This document shows, piece after piece, positions 9,123 through 18,406 of a stretch of 64,000 nt of DNA. Position 1 is the first letter of the stretch. Each line of letters starts with the position of its first letter. The notes beneath the pieces are model-generated. The model ran no database searches. It saw only the letters and a list, made by a program, of their open reading frames with translations, and was not told the DNA's origin. The stretch is from Gammaproteobacteria bacterium (GTDB taxonomy: Bacteria; Pseudomonadota; Gammaproteobacteria; UBA5335; SLRW01). A program made the translations under genes and the position numbers. Location of the stretch: the NCBI GenBank assembly GCA_035638695.1, contig DASQZM010000043.1, positions 22,795 through 86,794 on the forward strand. Reading direction: 5' to 3'.

Positions 9123-10702
9123 GACTCGTTGCCGCTCCCGGCCACCAGGCACTCCAGCAGCCTTGCCACCGCGTCCGGGTCCGCCAGGCGATAGCGCGCC
9201 GCCGTGGCACGCGGCCGGGCGGCCACCAGGATGCCGACCCCGCGCCCGGCGAGCGCGGCGAAGGCGTCCTCGTCGGTCTCGTCGTCGCCGACGTAGACGG
9301 GCAACACGCGGTCGGCATCGAGGTGCATGGCACGCATCAGCCAGTCCAGCGCGCGCCCCTTGTCCCACTCCAGCCGCGGGCGCAACTCGTATACCTTCTT
9401 GCCGCCGGTCCGCCGCAGCTCGGGATGGGCAGCCAGGACCTCGGTCACGGCCTGCCGCACCGCGGGAAGGTCGGCATGGGATACCAGCCGGTAGTGCACC
9501 GCCACGGCGTAGGTCTTGTCCTCCACCAGCGCTCCCTCGACGCCGGCGAGCCGCGCACCCAGGCGCGTTGCCGCCTCGTGAATCGCCGGGACGTACTTCT
9601 CGCCGCGGGGATACGCCTGGCGAAACCCGTTCGGGCCGCTGATCTCGAAGCCGTGGCTGCCGGCGTAGTAGAGGGCGTCGAGCCCCACCATGCGGGCGAC
9701 CTCCTCCCGCGCCCGGCCGCTCACCACCGCCACCGGCATCCGCCGCGCGAGCCTGGCCAGCGCCTCGCGTACGGACGCCGCCAGCACGGCCTGCTCCGGC
9801 CGGTCCACGATCGGTGTCAGGGTGCCGTCGTAATCCAGGAACAGGGCCGGATCCCGGCCTGCGAGCATCGCGGCGACCATCTCCGGCCGATCGGGTACGG
9901 CACCCGTGCTGGCAAAGGTGAACCGTTCCAGGTCATTCACCACCAGATCGGCCCCGGCCTGCCCCAGAAGGCCTGCGTTGCGGCCGTGGTCCAGGCCCAC
10001 GACCAGCGCGAAGCCGCCCCGGCGGCCCGCCTGGACGCCCGACACCGCGTCCTCCACCAGCATTGCTTCCCGGGGCCCGACGCCGAGCCGGCGCGCGGCT
10101 TCCAGGTACATGTCCGGCGCCGGCTTGCCCGCCAGGCCGGCCTCGGCCAGATCGACCCCGTCCAGCACCAGGTCGAACAGTCCCTCCAGGCGCGCGCGCT
10201 GGAGCACGAGGCGCCCGTTGCGGCTGGAGGTCACCGCCGCCGTGGCCAACCCCGCCTCCCGGGCCCGGTGCAGGAAAGCCACGGAGCGATCGAACACCTC
10301 CACGCCCCGGTCCTGCAGCAGCCGGAGGTAGCGCTCGTTCTTGCGATTGCCGATGCCGCACACCGTCTCCGCCGACGGCGGATCCCCGGGGGTGCCCCAA
10401 GGCAGCCGGATGCGGCGTGCGGCCAGAAACGCCGCGACGCCGTCATAGCGGGGCTTGCCGTCGACATAGGCGTAGTAATCCCGCTGCGCGTCGAACGGCG
10501 CCGGCCCGGCCCCGCCCGCGGGCGCGTGAGCGGCCAGGAAGTCGTCGAAGACTTCCTTCCAGGCCGCCGCATGCAGCGCCGCCGTGCGCGTAACCACCCC
10601 GTCGAGATCCGCGAGCACGGCGCGGATACGCCGGGGATCGATCACCGGCCGGCGACTGTCGGCCGGTGGCCGGCCGGCCTGGGCGGACTTGCGGGACGGC
10701 AT
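9119..10702 (-). CDS. Fusion protein: beta-phosphoglucomutase-like HAD domain + trehalose-6-phosphate phosphatase-like HAD domain
   Basis: The N-terminal half has ADLDGVVTRT (beta-PGM-type DxDG motif). The C-terminal half has LFLDYDGTLTPIV...YVGDDETDEDAF (OtsB-type motifs). Preferred start is the ATG at 10702, with GGGGAG upstream. Confidence 0.85.
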   Translation of the reverse strand: MPSRKSAQAGRPPADSRRPVIDPRRIRAVLADLDGVVTRTAALHAAAWKEVFDDFLAAHAPAGGAGPAPFDAQRDYYAYVDGKPRYDGVAAFLAARRIRLPWGTPGDPPSAETVCGIGNRKNERYLRLLQDRGVEVFDRSVAFLHRAREAGLATAAVTSSRNGRLVLQRARLEGLFDLVLDGVDLAEAGLAGKPAPDMYLEAARRLGVGPREAMLVEDAVSGVQAGRRGGFALVVGLDHGRNAGLLGQAGADLVVNDLERFTFASTGAVPDRPEMVAAMLAGRDPALFLDYDGTLTPIVDRPEQAVLAASVREALARLARRMPVAVVSGRAREEVARMVGLDALYYAGSHGFEISGPNGFRQAYPRGEKYVPAIHEAATRLGARLAGVEGALVEDKTYAVAVHYRLVSHADLPAVRQAVTEVLAAHPELRRTGGKKVYELRPRLEWDKGRALDWLMRAMHLDADRVLPVYVGDDETDEDAFAALAGRGVGILVAARPRATAARYRLADPDAVARLLECLVAGSGNES

Positions 10703-10821
10703 CGCGTCTCCCCATGGCTGCGTGGAACATCCGGGGCGGGGCCTGGCGCCTCCATCGGCTGCCACTGTACAGGACACGTCGGCGCCGCATTACAACCTAG
10801 CAGCACCACGCAGCCGGTTGT

Positions 10822-10835
10822 TTGATTCGCGTCAT
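10822..10835. promoter_or_regulatory. Candidate FNR/FixK-type box TTGATTCGCGTCAT (8/10 to TTGAT-N4-ATCAA)
   Basis: Centre is at 10828.5. On the minus strand a TAnnnT hexamer (TAGGTT, 10799-10794) places the box at -41.5 relative to a predicted start near 10787, upstream of the beta-PGM/T6PP-GH65 pair. Confidence 0.35.
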
Positions 10836-11028
10836 TCCGCGCGCCGGTTTGGCGGCGGCTGCGTCTCGTGTGCAGGGCTTTGCTCCGGGCCGATTCTCGA
10901 CTACCATTTACAAATACAGATGATTCCTATTCTCGTGTCTGGCGCGTCCGGCATCGCGCCGCACCGAGGTTCGCGCCCTACAGGACGTACCGGCACCGGC
11001 AGCCCACCGACGCCGATGCCGCCGGGGC

Positions 11029-11460
11029 GTGATCGACAGCCTCAATCCCGCCGCGGAACAGCTGTTCGGGTACCGCGAAAGCGAGCTCACGGGCGAGAAC
11101 GTGCGCATACTCATGCCCTTGCCCTACCGTGATGAGCACGACGGCTACCTGCAGCGTTACCTGGAGACCGGCGAGAAGCACATCATCGGCACCGGGCGCG
11201 AGGTTACGGGACTGCGCCGGGACGGCACTACCTTCCCCATGGATCTGGCCGTCGGCGAGTTCGAGCACGACGGCCACCGCTACTTCGCCGGCGTGGTGCG
11301 CGATGTGACTGACCGGCACGAGTACGAGAACGGCATGGGGCAGGGCTTGTCGATCTGCCACTCGATCGTACGCAGCCATGGCGGCCGCATCGGGCTCGCC
11401 CGCAACCATCCGCATGGCACGCGGTTCACGTTTGCCATACCCTTGCACGATGATCTCTGA
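11029..11460 (+). pseudogene. fixL: FixL-like heme-PAS sensor kinase relic: PAS retained, kinase core (H-box, N, G1, F boxes) deleted
   Basis: The 143-aa ORF reads [10 protein letters not shown]...[22 protein letters not shown]...[40 protein letters not shown]. It then jumps straight to a G2-box/C-terminal HATPase fragment, [38 protein letters not shown]. There is no phospho-acceptor His region. The N-terminal PAS strands are degenerate and there is an in-frame stop at 10921-10923. Confidence 0.6.
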
Positions 11461-12082
11461 TCCCGCGACGCCGACCGTCTACGTGGTCGACGACGAGAAC
11501 GCGATCCGGGACGCCCTGGGGCTTCTGCTGGAGACCGAGGGCTGGCGGGTCCTGAGCTACGAGTCCGCCGACGCCTTCCTCCGCGACTGCGGCCCCGGCA
11601 GCCGCGGGTGTGTCGTGCTGGACCTGAACATGCCCGGCCTGAACGGGCTCGAGGCCCAGGACCGCCTGCGGGAGCAGGGCATCGACATGCCGGTGATCAT
11701 CCTCACCGGCAATGCCGATGTGCCGGCGGCGGTCCGCGCCCTGAAGCACGGTGCGCTGGACTTCATCGAGAAGCCGTTCAGCGAACGCGACATGCTGGCC
11801 GTGGTCGGCCGTGCCCTGGAGCAGGACCGGCGGCGCGCGGAGGCGTCGCGCCAGCGCTCCGAGATCGGGGGGCGAGCGGCGACCCTGACCGGGCGGGAGC
11901 GGGAAATCATGGCGCTGATCGTGGCCGGTAAGGCCAACAAGGTGGTCGCCAGTGACCTGGGCATCAGCGAACGCACCGTGGAGCTGCACCGCTCGCGCAT
12001 CATGAAGAAGATGGGTGCCCGATCCGTGGCGGAGCTGGTGCAAATGAACCTGCAGCTGGGAAGACGGTACGAATCCTCGTAG
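11450..12082 (+). CDS. fixJ: FixJ-type two-component response regulator (REC + LuxR-type HTH)
   Basis: [23 protein letters not shown]...[14 protein letters not shown] (receiver Asp), then [44 protein letters not shown] (LuxR HTH). The start overlaps the fixL-relic stop by 11 nt. Confidence 0.85.
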   Translation: MISDPATPTVYVVDDENAIRDALGLLLETEGWRVLSYESADAFLRDCGPGSRGCVVLDLNMPGLNGLEAQDRLREQGIDMPVIILTGNADVPAAVRALKHGALDFIEKPFSERDMLAVVGRALEQDRRRAEASRQRSEIGGRAATLTGREREIMALIVAGKANKVVASDLGISERTVELHRSRIMKKMGARSVAELVQMNLQLGRRYESS

Positions 12083-12226
12083 GTTGGCGTGGCTGTTCAG
12101 CGAGCCGCGCGGGACACCCGCGTGGCGCTTCCACCGGTGCCGCGGTCGGGGTATCCTCCTGCAACCGGGCAGCGGCGGGGACGGCCGTCGATCCGGGAGC
12201 CGGCGAGCCGAGCGCCCGGCCGAACG

Positions 12227-12240
12227 CTGACTGGCGTCAA
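12227..12240 (+). promoter_or_regulatory. Candidate FNR/FixK-type box CTGACTGGCGTCAA (7/10; TGA-N6-TCA core intact)
   Basis: Centre is at 12233.5. The -10-like TTGAAT at 12263-12268 gives a predicted +1 near 12275, so the box is at -41.5, upstream of the orphan receiver gene. Confidence 0.35.
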
Positions 12241-12329
12241 TGTTCCGCCGCGGCGGCTGGTGTTGAATGGTCGCCATCGGCCGCCGGGAGCGGCGACGGA
12301 ACCGGATGCAAGCGAGACGGGCCAGGGGG

Positions 12330-12731
12330 ATGAACGCCAACGCCGTAAGACTGACCGACCCGGTCGGAACCGTGTACATCGTGGATGACGACGATGCCGT
12401 GCGCGACGGCGTGTCCCTGCTGGTCCAGGCCTGCGGCTGGACCGTGGCCGCGTTCGATTCGGCGGAGGCGTTCCTGTCCCGCTACGCGCGGGCGGAGAAC
12501 CAGTGTCTGGTGCTTGACCTGCACATGCCGGGGATGAACGGCGCGGAGCTGGAGGAGCACCTCCGGGCCCAGGGCAACGATATCCCGGTGATCGTGATCA
12601 CCGCGTACAAGGAAGATCCCCTGATTACCCGCGCACGTGCCGCCGGCGCCGCGCGGGTACTCACCAAGCCCTTCAACGACGCGGACCTGCTGGAGAGCAT
12701 CGAGCAGGCCGTGGGCAAGCCGCAGCCCTAG
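12330..12731 (+). CDS. Single-domain (CheY-like, FixJ-receiver-like) response regulator
   Basis: VYIVDDDDAVRDGVSLL...LVLDLHMPGMNGAEL...VIVITAY...LTKPF with no output domain. The start is ambiguous (ATG 12330 or ATG 12306). Confidence 0.8.
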   Translation: MNANAVRLTDPVGTVYIVDDDDAVRDGVSLLVQACGWTVAAFDSAEAFLSRYARAENQCLVLDLHMPGMNGAELEEHLRAQGNDIPVIVITAYKEDPLITRARAAGAARVLTKPFNDADLLESIEQAVGKPQP

Positions 12732-12909
12732 CCATCCGCAGACAACCCGTCCGGACTTCCCGTCCCGGTACGGGTAATTACGTATTTCGCCCCTTTCCCC
12801 TTCCTCCTAGAGTTTGCTTCACACGATGAATCGAGCGGGCCGCAGGTGCCTGCGCCCGCGGGAAGCAACACCGGCGGCCAAGCCGGCGAAGGAAAAGGGG
12901 AGTACGAAG

Positions 12910-13671
12910 ATGGGCATGTCAGCGATCGTCGACCTGGAGCAGCGCAAAAATTCCTGCCTCTGGTGCGGAGCCAGGCAGAACTGTATCGCGGCATCGCTGG
13001 AGGCCGCGGATGCGGCCCTGCTGGAGCCGGTCAAGCGCCCCTCCCGGGTGGTCCGCCGCGGACAGCACCTGTTCCTCGCGGGAGACCAGCTGCCGGCGCT
13101 TTACGTGATCCGCTCCGGGTCGATCAAGAGCTACGTCATTACCGAGGACGGCGAGGAGCAAATCATCGGCTTCCACCTGCCCGGCGACACGATCGGCTTC
13201 GACGCCCTGGCCACCGGCGAGGCCCGCTCCAACGCCGCGGCGCTGGAGACCTCCAGCATCTGCACGCTGCCCCTGGAGGGGCTGTGGCAGGTCGCCGAGC
13301 GCTCGGTGACGCTGCGGCGCGAGCTGATCAGGGGCATGAGCCGGGAGGTGCTGCGGCTGACCGGAATGCTGCAGAACGAGCGTCGCACCGCCGATCAGCG
13401 CCTGGCCGCCTTCCTGCTGGACCACGCCGACAACATGGGCCGGCGCGGCTACTCGACCGAGGTGTTCAACCTGTCCATGTCACGCCGGGACATCGGCAAG
13501 TACCTGGACATGGCCACCGAGACGGTCTCGCGGGTGCTGACCCGGTTCCAGGGTCTGGGGCTGCTGGCGACCAACCGCAACGAGATCCGCCTGCTCGACC
13601 CGACGGGCCTGAAGCACCTGGTGACCGAGGGAGGGATCGGGGATACCTCCCGCGCGGTGACCCATCACTGA
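12910..13671 (+). CDS. fnr: FNR/ANR-type oxygen-sensing Crp-family transcription regulator
   Basis: N-terminal C-x2-C-x5-C (SCLWCGARQNC) plus a fourth Cys in ETSSICTLP, equivalent to FNR C20/C23/C29/C122. YVIRSGSIKSY...IIGFHLPGD cNMP-like barrel. Recognition helix ETVSR (E--SR). GGGGAG sits 9 nt upstream of the ATG at 12910. Confidence 0.9.
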   Translation: MGMSAIVDLEQRKNSCLWCGARQNCIAASLEAADAALLEPVKRPSRVVRRGQHLFLAGDQLPALYVIRSGSIKSYVITEDGEEQIIGFHLPGDTIGFDALATGEARSNAAALETSSICTLPLEGLWQVAERSVTLRRELIRGMSREVLRLTGMLQNERRTADQRLAAFLLDHADNMGRRGYSTEVFNLSMSRRDIGKYLDMATETVSRVLTRFQGLGLLATNRNEIRLLDPTGLKHLVTEGGIGDTSRAVTHH

Positions 13672-13703
13672 GCAGCGCACGAACACATCTCCTCCGCGCG
13701 CCT

Positions 13704-13738
13704 GGCCCGGAGCCCGCCGGCTCCGGGCCTTTCTTTTT
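13704..13738 (+). terminator. Rho-independent terminator downstream of fnr
   Basis: GGCCCGGAGCC-cgcc-GGCTCCGGGCC stem-loop, immediately followed by TTTCTTTTT. Confidence 0.75.
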
Positions 13739-13849
13739 GGTGCGGGCACGGGATGGTCAACGACTTGCCAACCCGGTCAGAGGTAATGCCTCATCGCAAC
13801 GCTCCTGTCGGCCTGTCGCACAGGGTGCCTCGCCCGGCGTCGCAAGAGC

Positions 13850-13863
13850 TTGATACGGGTCAA
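13850..13863 (+). promoter_or_regulatory. FNR/ANR box TTGATACGGGTCAA at class II position (-41.5)
   Basis: 9/10 match to TTGAT-N4-ATCAA with a perfect TTGA-N6-TCAA core. The -10-like TCTAAT at 13886-13891 gives a predicted +1 near 13898, and the palindrome centre at 13856.5 is then exactly 41.5 nt upstream. Confidence 0.6.
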
Positions 13864-14038
13864 TGTCGGAGTCCTGGCAGCAGCATCTAATGGGTCTGCC
13901 GGGCCGCGGGCTGTTGTGGATACGCTTGTCGCGCTGCCCGCGTGGCCCGGCCATGCCGCGGTATGGACCGGACGCACCGGGCCGCTGCCAGAGCAGAGGG
14001 GACGGTCTTTTGCCCGGAGCCGGAAGGAGGCCACGATC

Positions 14039-14257
14039 ATGGCCGGGACACGCACCACCAGTACCAGCTCGGCCAAGGCCGCCGCGGCGATGCGCAAGGC
14101 GATCCCCGAGCACGAGCGCCACCGGCGCATTGCCGAAGCTGCCTATTGGCGCGCGGAGAAGCGCGGCTTCCCGGGCCGTGATCCCCTCGAAGACTGGTTG
14201 GTCGCGGAAGCCGAGTTCGAGCACACGAACGACCGCGGCTCCCGCGCCAGAGACTGA
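14039..14257 (+). CDS. Small DUF2934-like protein (72 aa)
   Basis: The ATG at 14039 is preceded by GGAAGGAGG. RIAEAAYWRAEKRGFPGRDPLEDWLVAEAEF matches the DUF2934 signature as I remember it. Confidence 0.7.
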   Translation: MAGTRTTSTSSAKAAAAMRKAIPEHERHRRIAEAAYWRAEKRGFPGRDPLEDWLVAEAEFEHTNDRGSRARD

Positions 14258-14317
14258 CCCGATGCTCGGGAGCGCCGACCGCAACCGTACGGAGGGGTCG
14301 CTGCGAGGACGCCCGGC

Positions 14318-15007
14318 ATGACACAGCCAGGCGGGCAGTACGCCGCCCCCGAGCCCGATCCCGGGGAGTTCGCGGTCAAGGACTGTGCCCTGATCGCGAT
14401 CGCCACCGGCCTGCGCGCGGTCACGCTCGGGGACCTGCAGGACCACCTCCGGGTCGTGGCCCTGGAGAGCCTGTACTACCACTTCTGGGGCGGCCTGCTG
14501 CAGCAGCGGTTCGAGCCGCGCGAGTACAACAACGACTTCGCCGAGTGGGCGCGGCACGCGCTGCACTATGCACCGCTGGCCGAACGGCTGGCGGTGCTCG
14601 ATCCGACCGATCACCCGGACCTCGGGGACCTGCGCCGGGAGCTTCTCGACCGGGTCGAGGAAAGCCTGTACGAATCCGAGGATCTCGGCTGGATGCACGC
14701 GATCCGTCCGTTCGAGTTTATCCGCTGCCAGACGGTCGTGTTCGACACCGACCGGCGCATCCGGGGCCCGGACGAGCTGGCCGACGTGATCCCGGCGCTG
14801 CCGCCGAGCAGCCTCTTCTACCATTTCATCGACGCCCGCCGGCGCGAGCCGCTCGGCGTGGACGACTTCCGCGCTTGGCTGCAGGGCTGGGGACCGGACC
14901 GGCAGGCGCTGATCGACCGGCTGTCCGGGGTCGACCCCTACGAGGGCGGGCTCAACGAGCTGCGCGCCAGCCTGGTGGCCGCGTTCACCGGCGGGGAGGG
15001 CGCGTGA
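14318..15007 (+). CDS. Uncharacterised protein built from two tandem ~95-aa repeats, translationally coupled to treT-like gene
   Basis: 229 aa with an internal duplication: SLYYHFW/SLFYHFI, NDFAEWA/DDFRAWL, LAVLDP/LSGVDP, LRRELL/LRASLV. The stop TGA (15005-15007) overlaps the GTG start of the next gene. Confidence 0.8.
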   Translation: MTQPGGQYAAPEPDPGEFAVKDCALIAIATGLRAVTLGDLQDHLRVVALESLYYHFWGGLLQQRFEPREYNNDFAEWARHALHYAPLAERLAVLDPTDHPDLGDLRRELLDRVEESLYESEDLGWMHAIRPFEFIRCQTVVFDTDRRIRGPDELADVIPALPPSSLFYHFIDARRREPLGVDDFRAWLQGWGPDRQALIDRLSGVDPYEGGLNELRASLVAAFTGGEGA

Positions 15008-16242
15008 GCCTCCTGGACCAGTACGCCGAGGTGGTCGGGCCGGCGATGATCGACCACCTGGCGCAGCTGGCCGCGCCACTTCAGGGCGCGCGCGTGGTGC
15101 ACGTCAACTCCACCCGCGTCGGCGGCGGAGTCGCGGAGATCCTGGGCAAGCTGGTGCCGCTCACGCGCGAACTCGGCGTCGACGCGCAGTGGGAGGTGAT
15201 CAGCGGCGACCAGGACTTCTTCCAGTGCACCAAGAACATGCACAACGGCCTCCAGGGCTCGCCGGTCAATCTTTCCGAACGCCTGGTCCAGGCCTACGAG
15301 ACCACCACGGAGCGGGCCGCCAGCCTGCTGGGCGCGCGGCTCGCCGAGGCGGAGTTCGTGTTCATCCACGATCCGCAGCCTGCCTACCTGCTGCGCTTCT
15401 TCCCTGAGCGGCACGGCAAGTGGATCTGGCGCTGCCATATCGACGTCAGCCACCCGTACCGGCCGGTGTGGAAATACCTGCGGAACATCGTCGGCGGCTA
15501 CGACGCGAGCGTGTTCTCGCTGGCCGCGTTCGCCCAGGCGCTGCCCTGCCCGGAATACATCGTCCCGCCCAGCATCGATCCGCTCGCGGACAAGAACATC
15601 GACCTGGAAGACGCCGAGCTGGGGGCCGTTCGCGCCCGTTTCGGGCTGGATCCGCAGCGGCCGCTGGTGGTCCAGGTTTCGCGCTTCGACCGCTTCAAGG
15701 ACCCGGTGGGGGTGATCCACGCCTTCCGGCTCGCGCTCCGCTACCTGCCCCGGCTGCAGCTGGTGCTCGCAGGGGGCAGCGCGAGCGACGACCCGGAGGG
15801 CGACGTGGTGCTGCAGGAGGTGCGGTCCGCCGCGGCGGACGATCCGGACGTGCACGTACTGCTGCTGCCGGCGGACGACCATCGCACGGTCAATGCCCTG
15901 CAGCGCTGCGCCGACGTGGTCCTGCAGAAATCCTTGCGCGAGGGCTTCGGCCTGACCGTCACCGAGGCCATGTGGAAACATCGCCCGGTGATCGGCGGCA
16001 ACACCGGGGGAATCCGGCTGCAGGTGTTCGACCACCATACCGGCTACCTGGTCAGCACCCCGGAAGGCGCTGCGCTGCGGATCCGGCACCTGATCGCGCG
16101 GCCGGACCGGATCGCGGAAATGGGACAAAAGGCGCACAATCTGGTGCGCGACAATTTCCTGATCACGCGTCAGCTGCGGGAATACCTGACGCTCATGGTC
16201 GCGCTGCTGCACGCAGCGCGCGAACGCATCGAGCTGGGTTGA
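15004..16242 (+). CDS. treT: TreT-like trehalose glycosyltransferring synthase (GT4 family)
   Basis: The GTG at 15004 is preceded by [24 protein letters not shown]...FIHDPQPA...WRCHIDVS...[15 protein letters not shown]...[20 protein letters not shown] closely parallels archaeal/bacterial TreT as I recall it. Confidence 0.78.
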   Translation: MSLLDQYAEVVGPAMIDHLAQLAAPLQGARVVHVNSTRVGGGVAEILGKLVPLTRELGVDAQWEVISGDQDFFQCTKNMHNGLQGSPVNLSERLVQAYETTTERAASLLGARLAEAEFVFIHDPQPAYLLRFFPERHGKWIWRCHIDVSHPYRPVWKYLRNIVGGYDASVFSLAAFAQALPCPEYIVPPSIDPLADKNIDLEDAELGAVRARFGLDPQRPLVVQVSRFDRFKDPVGVIHAFRLALRYLPRLQLVLAGGSASDDPEGDVVLQEVRSAAADDPDVHVLLLPADDHRTVNALQRCADVVLQKSLREGFGLTVTEAMWKHRPVIGGNTGGIRLQVFDHHTGYLVSTPEGAALRIRHLIARPDRIAEMGQKAHNLVRDNFLITRQLREYLTLMVALLHAARERIELG

Positions 16243-16267
16243 CGCCGCCGGAGACGGCAACCGAGGC

Positions 16268-18402
<2,135 letters not shown>

Positions 18403-18406
<4 letters not shown>

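Noticed and set aside
13915-13923. 8/9 DnaA-box-like TGTGGATAC in the treT-operon leader
   Set aside because: It is a single imperfect match far from dnaA/oriC and was treated as coincidence.
13757-15079. 440-aa minus-strand ORF across the FNR-box region, the DUF2934 gene and the two-repeat gene
   Set aside because: It is antisense to better-supported plus-strand genes (strong SDs, start/stop coupling, internal repeat structure), and it has no recognisable domain.
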